From assembly GCA_030390025.1 (NCBI GenBank), contig CM059431.1, positions 135,472,001 through 135,536,000 of the forward strand: DNA of 64,000 nt. The letters are read 5' to 3'. The translations under genes and the position numbers were made by a program. The notes below the pieces were generated by a model, which had not been told where the DNA came from, made no database searches, and worked only from the letters and a program-made list of their open reading frames with translations. Of the stretch, positions 50,158 through 61,959 are shown in pieces. Each line of letters begins with the position of its first letter. Position 1 is the stretch's first letter. This stretch comes from Squalus acanthias (taxonomy: Eukaryota).

Positions 50158-52225
50158 GTTTTTGTTTTTTTGTTTATGGGATGTGGGCATCGCTGGCAAC
50201 GCCAACATTTATTGCCCATTCTTAATTGCCCTTGAGAAGGTGGTGGTGAGCCGCCTTCTTGAACCGCTGCAGTCCATGTGGTGAAGGTACTCCCACAGTG
50301 CTGTTAGGGAGGGAGTTCCAGAATTTTGACCCAGCGACGATGAAGAATCGGTGATATACCTCGAAGTCAGGATTATGTGTGACTTGAAGGGGAACTTGGG
50401 GATGGTGGTGTTCCCATGCACCTGCTGCCCTTGTCCTTCTAGGTGGAAGAGGTTGCGGGTTTGGGAGGTGCTGCCAAAGAAGCCTTGGTGAGTTGCTGCG
50501 GTGTATCTTGTAGATGGTACACACTGCAGCCACGGTATGCATGGTGGTGGGAATGAATGTTTAAGGTGGTGGATGGGGTGCCAATCATGCAGGCTGCTTT
50601 GTCCTGGATGCTGTCGAACTTCCTGAGTGTTGTTGGAGCTGCACCCATCCAGGCAAGTGGAGAGTATTCCATCACACTCCTTACTTGTGCCTTGTAGATG
50701 GTGTAAATGCTTTGGGGAGTCAGTAGGTGAGACACTCGCCTAAGAATACCTAGCCTCTGACCTGCTCTTGTCACCACAGTATTTCTGTGGCTGGTCCAGT
50801 TAAGTTTCTGGTCAATGGTGACCCCCAGGATGTTGATGGTGGGGGATCCGGCAATGATAATGCCGTTGAATGTCAAGGGGAGGTGGTTAGACTCTCGCTT
50901 GTTGGAGATAGTCATTGACTGACAATTCTGTGGCGTGAATGTTACTTGCCACTTATCAGCCCAAGTCTGAACGTCATCCAGGTCTTGTTGCATGCAGGCA
51001 TGGACTGTATCATTATCTGAGGAGTTGTGAATGGCACTGAACACTGTGCAGTCATCAGCGAACATCCCCATTTCTCACCTTATGTTGGAGGGAAGGTCAT
51101 TGATGAAGCAGCTGAAGATGGTTGGGTCTAGCACATTGCCCTGAGGAACTCCTGCGGCAATGTCCTGGGGCTGTGATGATTGACCTTCTACCACCACAAC
51201 CATCTTCCTTTGTGCTAGGTATCACTCCAGCCAGTGGAGAGTCTTCCCCCCGATTCCCATTGACTTCAGGTTGGCACTTCATTTTTAGGTATGCCTGGTG
51301 CTGCTCCTGGCATGTTCTTCTACACTCCTTATTGAACCAGGGTTGGTCACCTGGCTTGATGGTAATGGTAGAGTGAGGGATATGCTGGGCCATGAGGTTA
51401 CAGATTGTGGTGGAGTATAATTCTGCTGCTACTGATGGCCCACAGCGCATCATGGATGCCTAGTTTTGAGCTGCTAGATCTGTTCTGAATCTATCCCATT
51501 TAGTACAGTGGTAGTGCCACACAACATGATGGAGGGTGTCCTCAGTGTGAAGACGGGACATCGTCTCCATAATGACTGTGCGGCGGTCACTGCTACCAAT
51601 ACTGTCAGGGACAGATGCATCTGCGACAGGTAGATTGGTGAGGACGAGGTCAAGTAAGTCTTTCCCTCGTGTATGTTCTCTCGCCACCTGTCACAGGCCC
51701 AGACTGGCAGTTATGTCCTTCAGGACTCAGCCAGCTCAGTCAGTAGTGGTGCTACCGAGCTACTCTTGGTGATGGACAGTGAAGTCCCCCACCCAGAGTA
51801 CATTTTGAGCTTTTGCTACTCTCAGTGCTTCTTCCAAGTGGTGTTCAACATGGCGGAATACTGATTCTTCAGCTGAGGGAGGGTGGTAGGTGGTAATCAG
51901 CAGGAGGTTTCCTTGCCCATGCTTGACCTGAAGCCATGAGACTTCATGGGCTCCAGAGTCAATGTTGAGGACTCCCAAGGCCACTCCTTCCTGACTGTGT
52001 ACCACTGTGCCACCACCCCTGGTGGGTCTGTGCTGCCGGTGGGACAGGACATACCCAGGGATGGTGCTGGAGGAGTTTGGGACGTTGGCTGAAAGGTAGG
52101 ATTCTGTGAGTATGACTATGTCAGGCTGTTGCTTGACTAGTCTGTGGGACAGCTCTCCCAATTTTGGCACAAGTCCTCAGATGTTGGTGAGGAGGACTTT
52201 GCAGGGTTGACTGGGCTGGGTGTGC
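50158..52225 (-). mobile_element. Second copy of the 37238-40205 LINE with a deletion of about 0.83 kb
   Basis: Same 3' end and ORFs. The junction gacttcag|gttggcacttc near 51269 joins positions equivalent to about 38338 and 39168. Confidence 0.9.
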
Positions 52226-52227
52226 AG

Positions 52228-52570
52228 TTAAGTCAAACATACATAAAAAATACTCCTCAGCAATATCAATCTTCTTACATACATACATACACTCCTCCAC
52301 TGGTGATCAGTGCGGAAAAAGTGGTAGGCTGCAAATGTCGACTGGCCAGTCAAACAGCTTTCGTTGTCCCTTTTTTTTGAATCTTCACATAGCTGTGTCT
52401 TTTCTTTATAGTGGCCTCCGGCATGGGCCCCCTCGTAAATCTTCATCTGCCTCCCTCTGATATGTCAGTTTTACTGCTAACCTTCCCTGATTGGAGTTCC
52501 TGCTGCATGACATGTTCATGTTCCTGTGATGTGTGTGGGGGTGGGACTTCCTCTTCATCTGGTGCCTCCC
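52228..52570 (-). repeat. Partial 3' LTR
   Basis: Direct repeat of 62553-62900, roughly 10% diverged by eye. Confidence 0.85.
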
Positions 52571-53511
52571 TTTCCTGTCCAAATCTTCTACCCCAGTTGA
52601 TGCCTTAACATGCATTGGATTCTGATTCATCAAAGGCAGGATAGTCCTGTTCCCGATTTTTATTATCATTTTAGGTTCAATACACATAGTACTATTAGAT
52701 ACCAGACATATTGTAGCATTCTTTTGCCCATATTTATACTCTATTTCAGTGGTAGTCCAACAATAGACACCCTGGGGGAGAAATTCAATATTGCCCCATT
52801 TGGGGCGCAATTATCGGCTGGGCGCAAAGATTAGCGCCTGGCGCTAATTATCGCCTCCGACTGCAAACTCTACTTTTATTGCCCCTGGAGGTGATTGGAG
52901 CGCTAAATCAGGCGCTACACACCTGTCTTAAGGCGCAAAGGCCGAGGAGCGAGGCGCTAACTCAGAGCGCGGGCGCAGCGCAGGTGCTGTCAGTTAGCGA
53001 TGGAACACAGACACACTGGCGCCGGACAGTTTTTAAAGGGGAGGGTCGATCTTGCACTCCAGCCACACCCTGCTCATTGGAGTCTTGAATCTCGGCCTGG
53101 AGAGACCTGTGCCTAAATCTTCCAGCCAAGGACTATGGAGAGGGTGAGAGAACGAGCTCAGCGCTTCAGCGAGCGGGCCTTGGATGCTCTGGTTGGCGCG
53201 GTGGAGCGCAGAAGATCTATACTCTTCCCTGAGAGTGGCAGGAGGCCTTTGCCGCGCGAGTACAGAAGAGTGTGGAGGGAGGTGGCTCAGAGCGTCTCCT
53301 CCAGGAGCATGGTGCCCAGGACCCATATACAATGTCGAAAAAAGTTCAACGACCTTACTCGGATCGTCAGGGTGAGTGGCTTTTTTTCAATACCTCTCCA
53401 TCTCTCCATCTCAACCTCACTCTATGGCCAGAGGGTCTTAAAACCCCAATGCCCAACACTCATCCAACACCTATGGCCCTCTCATGAAACACACATGCAC
53501 ATTCCACACTT

Positions 53512-53619
53512 TGCATACAGTAAGGGCTATTTACATTTGGGAGGCACATCAGGCAAGACCATGGCTGCATACAGTAAGGGCTATTCACCTATGGGAGGCA
53601 CATCAGGCAATAACATGGC
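53512..53619. repeat. 54-bp tandem duplication in Myb intron 1
   Basis: tgcatacagtaagggctatt..tgggaggcacatcaggcaa..catggc present twice. Confidence 0.9.
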
Positions 53620-54667
53620 TGTATATTTACTCAGACGCCGTCCTTTTTCTTGCAGGCCAAGCTATCTCATAATAGGAGACAGCAGCAACGGACGGGTGGA
53701 GGGCGGCCTCAGCTGCAACCCCTCAGCGATCTTGAGGCGTGCGTCCACAGGATTGTGGCAAGCCGGGTGATCGGTCCCGTCGCCACTGGAGACGCCGACC
53801 CCGTTCTGGACAGCAATGGTAAGGTCATCACCTTTTTGTCCTCTGTCCTTCCACTTGTCCCTCACAACACCAGCCTTTGACACTTTCAATCCAACTTACT
53901 AAATCGCTGCACTCATTCCTCCCTTACTGCCCCCCTGTCCTCACGCTAAAGCCACTCTTGTACCTCCCTGCTTTCAGATGGTGATTCACCAGCTGAGGAG
54001 ACGGGCCCTCAAGCTGCCAGTGGGAGTGAAGCTGCAGCCGAGGAGGAAGATGAAGGCGGAGCATCAGCGCCACCCTCTCCCGAGGAAGCCCATGCCCACA
54101 CTGGGAACACGCCTTCCCTGGAGGGGAGCAGGGGGGAAGGGTCTGATGAGGGTAAAGCTCCAGGACCCAGCGGGCTGCAGCAACGCGATGGGGGCAGGGA
54201 AGCTCGGGGGCCTTCTCCCCGGAGGGAGAGTATGCCAGCGAGTCCTACTGCACTGGACGCAGAGGAGGAGCAGCTCATCACTGAAATGAACACCCAGGCG
54301 GTGGACATGCACACTGAGCTCATGGGTGCAGTGAGAAGGGTGCCCGAATGCATTGAATCACTGGCAAGGAGTGTGGAGCACTTCGCTGTAGCACAGGCGG
54401 ATGCCACGCAAATGTTTAGCGCTGCAATTCAGTCAATGGCTGCCATGAACCCATCTCTGACTGCTCTCATGCAGACTCAGATTGAGGCCACGCGAGCACT
54501 GACTGCTGCCATCCTCAATGGTTCGGACACATTTCCCCGGGGCTCTCACCGCGTCGCAGCAGGCCAGCAATCTGTGCTCCAGCAGATTGCTCCGGATGCT
54601 GAAGTGCTGCCCCGTGGGAGTGCCAGTGTGTCGGTCGAGCAGGGAGTTGCTGTCTTCTCTCAAGATG

Positions 54668-55060
54668 GTCATGATGTGGAGAAACTGATAGCCAAGTTCC
54701 GCACTCATGAGGATGGCCTCAATCGCGATATCGGGTTCATGTCACGATACAGAACGTGACTTGACATCATGGCCGGTCTTTCCAGGTTTTGTTTTAAAAA
54801 GACTAATGGAGAGGATATGCAGCCAGCAGGTGTTTTGACACATTGGACCCCCTGGGACACATCTCATTGTCTTTGCTGTGCTCTTAGTGTGTCTTTGATG
54901 TAGGGAAAGATTTAAATAGATTTTTTCTGTGTTTATATTGTGAATTCTGGGAGATTCTCTCACAGCTACCTTACCTGAAGAAGGAGCGAACAGCTCCGAA
55001 AGCTTGTAAAATTAAATAAATCTGTTGGACTATAACCTGGTGTTGTGCGACTTCTGATTT
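54668..55060 (+). mobile_element. Penelope-like element 3' fragment (family A)
   Basis: 13-bp TSD ttctctcaagatg (54655-54667 and 55061-55073); GIY-YIG-type C-terminus EKLIAKFRTHEDGLNRDIGFMSRY; short inverted pLTR tip catgatgtggaga; hammerhead motif; aaataaa. Confidence 0.88.
54971..55009 (+). ncRNA. Minimal type I hammerhead ribozyme motif (family A)
   Basis: UUAC-CUGAAGA-A-GGAGC.GAACA.GCUCC-GAAAGCUU-GUAA: perfect stems I and II and a palindromic AAGCUU. Confidence 0.8.
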
Positions 55061-55659
55061 TTCTCTCAAGATGACAGCATTCCTGCTGCCACCACTGTCA
55101 CTTCTCCACTGCACTTGCCACCGCCTGTAGGACAGACTGCTGCCGCCCATGCAGAGTTGGTGCAGTCTGCAGCCGGGCCTTCCAGGCCCAGAGCTGGTCG
55201 AGGCCGTCCTTCAAGGGCATCTGCAGTCTCAGCTTCTGACAATCAGCAGCCTTCCACCAGCCTTGCTGCAGCCACTGAGGTCCCATTACGGAGGAGCAGT
55301 AGGGTGGGAAATGGGGAAGTGCGCAAAGGAAGGAGATAACCCTCGAAGGGCAAAAAGTAGAAGGTGTGACAAAATGTTGATCATTTTTTTATTAAAGGCC
55401 GAGGTTTGTGGTCAAACTTTTGAACATTATCTCCAGGTTATGAGAACCAGTTATGTTAATGACTGTGTTTTTGTGTTTCTTTCTACTAGTTTGTCATGAG
55501 GAAATGACACACACAGAGTTTGTGAAATAAATAAGTTTTTGTATTCAAAATGTACATGTTTGGTCTTTGGAATCATTGCTGCCTTGGCCGGCTTAGGGGT
55601 TGCGGGTTGGTTTCATTCATGTTGTTCTCAATGGCAGAAGCCATTTCCTCAGCAGGGGC

Positions 55660-56821
55660 CTAGAAGCGGCTTGCTATCAGCCGTTGATGGACAGCCCTTC
55701 CAGTTTCTACATTGTGGGCCTCCCTCCCGCCTTGGTGCTGCTGATGATCATCCTCCTCCTCTTCTTCCTCCTCTTCCTCCTCCTCCTCTGGTGGTGCTCC
55801 ATGGCCTGGTGGCATTGGCTGGGTCCTGAGGATTGCCAGGTTATGCAGCATGGCAGCACACAATTACGAAGTGGGAAACTCGCTCAGGCGAGTACTGCAG
55901 GGCTCCTCCAGAATGGTCCAGACAGCGGAACCGTTGCTTGAGCACGCCGATTGTGTGCTCAACGATGTTCCTGGTAGCTTGATGGCTCTCGTTGTACCGC
56001 AGCTTAGCAGGGGTGTTGGGCGTACGGAGCGGTGTCATCAGCCAGGTGCTCAGTGGATATCCCTTGTCCCCGAGAAGCCAACCAACTGGCTGATGCGGTG
56101 CCTGGAAAAGTTCTGCCACAGTAGTTTGGCGCAGGATGAATGCATCATGGCAGCTGCCAGGATAGTGGGCATTGACAGCGAGTATCAGCTGTCTGTGGTC
56201 ACAGACCAACTGAACGTTTAAGGAATGGAACCCCTTTCTGTTGCGGAAATCCTCGGCATTCTCATGCGGAGCACGCAAAGCCACATGCGTGCAGTCAATG
56301 GCGCCCTGCACCGTGGGGAAGCCCGCTATCCTAGCAAAGCCCATTGCACGTTCTTGCTGCTTGTCTGGGGTCATGGGGAAAGAGATGTACTCTCGTCTCC
56401 TTTTAAAGAGGGCATTTATGACCTGACGGATGCAGCAATGCACCGCGAACTGGAAGATATTGGCGATGTCCCCAGTAGCTGATTGAAATGAACCAGTGGC
56501 ATAAAAGTTCAGAGCCACTGTGATCTTCACTGCCACCGACAGAGACGTCCTGGACCTCAGTTGAGGCTGCAGATCTGGCTGCAGCAGGTGGCAGAGCTCA
56601 GTGACTACCTCCTTGCTGAAACGCAGCCTTCGCAAACACTGCTCCTCAGACATATTAATATGTGTGAATTGTTGGCGATATACCCTGGGAGGGTAAGGTC
56701 TCCTGTACAGAGGCCTGTTGGCCCTCCTCTGTCTGGCCATGATTGCCACTCTCTCTCTGCGTCTCTGTGTCCTCCGATTCTGGTGGCACAGGACGACGCC
56801 CCCAATCAGTGCAGCCCCCAC
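55660..56821 (-). pseudogene. Harbinger DDE transposase, one frameshift near the C-terminus, GTG at the expected start
   Basis: GFPTVQGAIDCTHVAL, NRKGFHSLNVQLVCD, PGSCHDAFIL, LLGDKGYP and TRNIVEHTIGVLKQRFRCL. Frame shifts at VCC/MLHNLAI (about 55853). Confidence 0.93.
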
Positions 56822-57480
56822 AGTCTCTTGGCAATCAAAGTTATGAAGGTCAAAAACCAAAGTACCTGCAAAGTTATGATCAGTAGCCAAAACTACCTCA
56901 CACAGCGTTGACTCAATGCAGAAGTCTCTCTTTCTCTCTCTCCGAATCTCTCTCTCTCTCAGAACGAGTGGTGCAAAAATGTCAACCACAGAGAAGGACA
57001 GGAAGAGGCCCCCTTTAAATAGTGCCCCCCCAGCCCCACAGCGACTGGGGAGCGTTCCAGTCTTCCGGTCGTTGGTTGCGCCAGGCGGAAAGGATGGGGG
57101 CGCCACTCAATTTCCACTCCGGGGTGCCACAAGGGCGTTGCACCCTTGTATGACGTCAAGATCTGCGTGCACAGGAGATCGCGGCGGTAAAGTTTAGCGC
57201 CGCCACAAAATATCTAGTTAATTTCGCGAGTGGCGCAAACATCGCTGCGCCCGGGCGCTAGTTGCTTTGCGCCCCATTAGCGCCCTCTTAAGGCGCTAAC
57301 GGGAGGCGCAACCAACTGAATTTTCCCCCCCGTTCCTTATAAACAACAGTGGTATATTGAGTCGACCTTACGACAGTGACATCCTTGCCAAGTTAAATCT
57401 GCATAATGGTTCTTCATTGTCCATACACATGGTGGTTCTTCCTTGGGTCTTATGTACCTCATAGAGAGATTTAACAACTT

Positions 57481-58373
57481 GGGGGAAAAGTTCAGTTGGT
57501 TGCGCCTCCCGTTAGCGCCTTAAGAGGGCGCTAATGGGGCGCAAAGCATCTAGCGCCCAGGCGCGACGAAGTTTGCGCCGCTCGCGAAATTAACTAGACA
57601 TTTTGCGGCGGCGCTAAACACTACCGCCACGATCTCCTGCGCCGGCAGATCGTGACGTCAGTCAAGTGCGCAACGCCCCGGTAACGCCCCGGAGCGGAAG
57701 TTGAGTGGCGCCCCCTGCCTTACCGCCTGACGCTAGCAACGACAGGTTGAGGGGAGCGTTCTGCAGTCATGAAGGGAAAGGGGGAGCGCAATTTAAAGGT
57801 GACCGCTTCCTGCCTTTTATTGTTGGTGCCATTTTTGAACTACGCATTCTGAGAGAGAGAGGGAGAGACTTCTGGAGAGATTCAACGTTGTGTGAAGGAG
57901 TTTTGGGTACTGAGCAGCACTTTGCAGGTTCATTTTGATCTGCCATTCCTTATATCGATTTAGAAGAGTCTGTGGGGGCTGCACTCTGAGCTCTTTGCCT
58001 GGTACTCTCCATTGTTCTTTCCAGCAGATTTGATGTGCAGGTCTCTCCAGGCCGAGATTCAAGGCTGCAATGAGCAGGATGTGGATGGAAAGCAAGATTA
58101 ACCATCCCCTTTAAGAACTGGCCCGGGCCATTGTGTGTGTGTTCCATTGCTGACTGACATCACATGAGCTTCGCCAGCGCTCTGAGGTAGCGCCTCGCTC
58201 CTCGGCCTTTGCACCTTAAGTCAGGTGTGAAGCGCCTGATTTAGCGCTCCAATCACCTCCAGGGGCGATAAAAGTCAAGTTTGCAGTCGGTGGCAATAAT
58301 TAGCGCCAGGCGCTAATTTTTGCGCCCGGTCGATAATTGCGCCCCAAATGGGGCGATACTGAATTTCTCCCCC
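57481..58373. mobile_element. 893-bp non-autonomous Harbinger of the same family, in opposite orientation
   Basis: 57481-57940 is the reverse complement of about 56860-57329; 58170-58373 is the reverse complement of about 52774-52980; flanking triplets ctt and cat. Confidence 0.92.
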
Positions 58374-60179
58374 CATATCTGGGCGATGATGAATATTTAT
58401 ATAAAATGCCATCTTTCAGAAAACCCATATTGGTAACCTTATACACCCGCAGTGGTGCCCAAGATTTGGACATTACGGGCATTCTTAGTATGATTCCTAT
58501 CAAGCTATCATCGCTAGTCTGATTACATTCGTGTGGGGCGACACGTACCACAATGCAGACTTTGCAACTGACACTCTGTCAAATTTGACTGATACCTTTC
58601 TGCTGCCTTCAGGTGTTTATCTTCCATCTGAGATGGAACCCTTCCCTCAGCTATTCTATTCAAATTCCTCCCTATGTCCTGTAGAATCCAAGAACTCATC
58701 ATCGCGCATGCATCATTTTGTGCTGCCTGATCAGAGGTGTTTCTATCCTCCCTTGTCAAATTGTTTATAGCCTGTGCCTGATTTTCCAACAATTTGACCA
58801 ACCCTTGCATGTGAATTGTCAAGGTCAATTCTGCTTCTAATTGTACCTTACCTATGCTATTCTGGTTTCTTAATGCCTGCTGTACCATTTCTCTCAATTT
58901 TCTCAACTGATAGTTCAGGCTCATAATATCCCCTGTATTTACCCATCCTAACGCGGTATTCCACATTGTTGCTACATTATTGAGCACATTGCACTTTCTC
59001 CTCTGTGCTGGGGATTTCAGGGCTTTGAGGCTCCTCCCCTATGGTCACTTGATCACTATTTTCCTTCCAAAAGGTTTTTATTAACTGCATTTTCCTATCT
59101 CTTAACTAGTTCCTAGTGGGTTCACTGCACCATGTCGGCAAGGCAAGACTAGACATATTGATAATAACCTCCCGTACATCTAATACAACATCATGTAACA
59201 TTGACAACTCACTCGGAACCAACACCAATCCATTAATTGGAGCAGGGGATGGGGTGGGACACTTTTCGCTCCCTTCATGAGGTGGCACTGGTTTCTCTTT
59301 CGCCTTTCATTGATTGGCTTTTTTGACTGATCAGGACATTGAATATTATCATAATGATTTTCAATTTGAGGATCATGGGAGAAATTTCTGTTTACACACA
59401 TATATACTCCTTTTTGATTACTTGACCAGAAATTTGTCCAACAGTAACTTGTCCCATCAATTAACAGGGTAGTTACAATTCCTCTTGCCTTCCTCAATCT
59501 CAGGTTATTTGTGGTCTCACCCAGTGCAAACTGGAGTTCTAGGATCGTCCCATTTGGGGTGGTCTCATTTGAGCATTTTAAACAAATCCCTTGCCCCTCG
59601 TGCACCCTCTGCTCCGTTGCCCTCACTGTCCAATTATAACATGTTATAGTTTGATTTTTAATTGTTACATTCATCTCATTTACAACAGAAAACCCTGTAT
59701 CCATTGAGGTTATGGTTCCATTGGTGCTGTTTCCGAGCTGCTGTGATTCCTGATATAGTTCAATCCCATCCACTACAAGCATCAAAGCTTTCAATGTGTA
59801 CAGGAGTTTCCCCATCCTGGAGCTTCTGTAACACATAACACAGTTAATATTCACATACTCTTATTCACACATTCAACATCATTTCCTTTTAGGTTTGCTC
59901 CCACCTCCTCCTGAGGGTGCCGATTGTTCCCAGTGGAGTCCATGTTGGATTGATTTTCAACTGGCGACTACTCCGCCTTAGAGCGGAGTGTGGTCCCTGA
60001 CCCTGCAAAGGCGTGGACACTGCTGCAGGTTGCTGTGTTCCTGCTGCTCCAAGTGTAGGTTGCCTTGGCATCCCTGGATCACCATCCCACCACATCACAC
60101 TCACGTCCAACCATTCACTCAGAGTCCTGAGGCTCAGAAAGTTTCCATCATCCTTTTTCCTTCCCAATTTGTTCCTCTT

Positions 60180-60770
60180 AGGTAACTGAACCGCGTATAC
60201 CATAGAACTAGCTTTATCAATAATGTTATATGGTCCCTTGTAGAGGGGTTCAAAAACTCCCACTCTCGCATAGTTTCATACCATTACCTGGCTCCCTACT
60301 TCTCACTCCTGGGGTTTACTCAAAGCCAGGTATAATCGGTTGTGTTGGTGTGCCTTCCCAGTGTTGTGGGCGGCCCTCAAGTTCAATTCCTTTAAAGTTC
60401 CCCACAGGTTGCTCAGGAATTTGTCCTGAGTCACCTCCTTAATTTGTTTCTCAGTCAGAGTGGGGACCAACAGGTGTGTGGAGGTTCGCATGGGTCTCCC
60501 CATTATCAATTCATTCGGGGAGTGACCCGTTCCTTTGGATTTGTTACTTCGTATGCCCATAAGGATAAGGGGAAGTACCTCATCCCACTTAGTGTGCTGT
60601 TCATTTAATTCCTTTTGCAGGGCCGACTTCAATGTACAGTTCATTCTTTCCACAGTCCCCAATGATTGTGGGTTGTGGGTCACATGCCATTTCCCTTCAA
60701 CTCATAGCAATTTCAGAGTGGCTTGCATTACCTGACCTGTAAAATGACTTTCCCTGGCCTGACCCTATCA
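60180..60770 (-). pseudogene. Retroviral-type integrase core C-terminus and GPY/F motif
   Basis: HFTGQV.., HNPQSLGTVERMNCTLK, WDEVLPLILMGIR, TGHSPNELIMGRPMR and EPLYKGPYNII. Confidence 0.88.
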
Positions 60771-61959
60771 CGGAGAAAGTCCCCTTCTGGAGAATACCCC
60801 TTTAACTAGGGTCTTGGCCGTCCATGAGGCTGTGGCCGACTTCTACCCACCTGGTAATCTTGCACCATCAACACTGATATGGCCCCCTGCTTAAAAGGAA
60901 AAAAAAAGAAAATCCATTGCAGCTTTCCTACCAGCTCAATGGGTTCATTTGTCAATTCTTGATTCCCTTCTGTCAATGTGGGAAAACATCCACTCAAATT
61001 AAAAAACTTAAAAATTTAACAATGCCCAAAATGTTTACAAAACACACAGCTGCTTGTGGAGTTAAAAACAGAGTTCACAGCTGCTTGTGAAAAGAGTTAA
61101 CTCCTTTTTTTTGCATTTCAAAAGAAGACAAACACAGACATCAATCACTGTCAGGTTCTGTCACACAACTTCTCACAGCTTTCAAGTAAATTTTAAAAAC
61201 TTGTCAATAAAAAGACAGTTACTTTTGTAAAGTCTTTGTACCTTTAAAACTTGCAAAGATTCTGATCAATTCAATTCAGCAGGTAAAAACATCAGACATC
61301 ATTAGTAACACCACTACCAGCATTCTGTGAAACAACTCCACACACAATAGCATTTCCTTTCTTTCCCCCCGGTCAGACATACTTGCAATTGGCCAGAAAT
61401 TTCAAAAATACCAATTGTTGATATGATTGCCTCATGTCTGGAACTAGAGGCTTTCACACAATTTACACCAACCAGAATTTCACCATGGCCACAATAAAAG
61501 TCTGGTTTTAAAGAAGTTAAATAACCTCAATAACTCCAATCCAATTCAAACCAATATTTTAAACTAACCAGTACCACGTGAAAAGAAAGGGAGAAGCTTC
61601 CCTCAGCCTATAGCTTCAAAACATTCATACACGTTTTTCAAACATTACTACACTGAAAGTCGAAAAGGGACAGAACCTTTTCTTTTCTCCTGTCTGTATT
61701 TCACCGTCCAACATCCAACAAAGGATTAAACAGCTTTAGCTCCAAGCACAGAAAAGTGGGTGGAGCTAAAACAAACACAACAGACACTTTCTTTCAAATA
61801 CAGACTTTCAGACAAAAGGAATACTGTAACTTCTTAAAACGCATAGTCAGGAAAACTTCCACACTTTAACACACACTTTCACACAAACTGAAATTCCAGC
61901 ATCCTTTAAGGTTCCTTTCACTCAGCAAACCTTGTGTTTTATTTGTCTCGGCACAGATG

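Larger units (their letters stand above)
53135..55339 (+). pseudogene. Harbinger Myb/SANT-like DNA-binding protein, 3 exons (53135-53371, 53656-53818, 53978-55339), interrupted by a Penelope insertion
   Basis: RAQRFSERALDALV..W.EVA..RTHIQCRKKFNDL; GT-AG introns with compatible phases (0 and 1); about 451 codons open once 54668-55073 is removed. Confidence 0.88.
52774..57329. mobile_element. Nearly intact autonomous-type PIF/Harbinger transposon
   Basis: TIRs gggggagaaattca and tgaattttccccc; convergent Myb (+) and transposase (-) genes; flanking triplets cct and cgt. Confidence 0.93.
52600..59820 (-). pseudogene. env-like class I fusion glycoprotein, frameshifted and split by two Harbingers
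   Basis: Hydrophobic leader MGKLLYTLKALMLVVDG; many NxS/T sites; QRRKC|NVLNNVATMWNTALGWVN; heptad-like LNYQLRKLREMVQQAL; Cys-rich IGIILRMPV..YKVTNMGF..PRYVVK..EPLCRF..IRNGVYCWTTT. Confidence 0.7.

Noticed and set aside
55841..57106. Domesticated host HARBI1 (with NAIF1/MSANTD partner), or a 95-aa N-terminal extension
   Set aside because: It lies between TIRs inside an LTR element, has a frameshift and has multiple local paralogues. The extension is open 5' UTR/subterminal sequence.
57330..57480. Spacer inverted by recombination between the two inverted Harbingers
   Set aside because: The env frame is restored at both junctions in the present orientation, and the flanking triplets do not pair under the inverted model.
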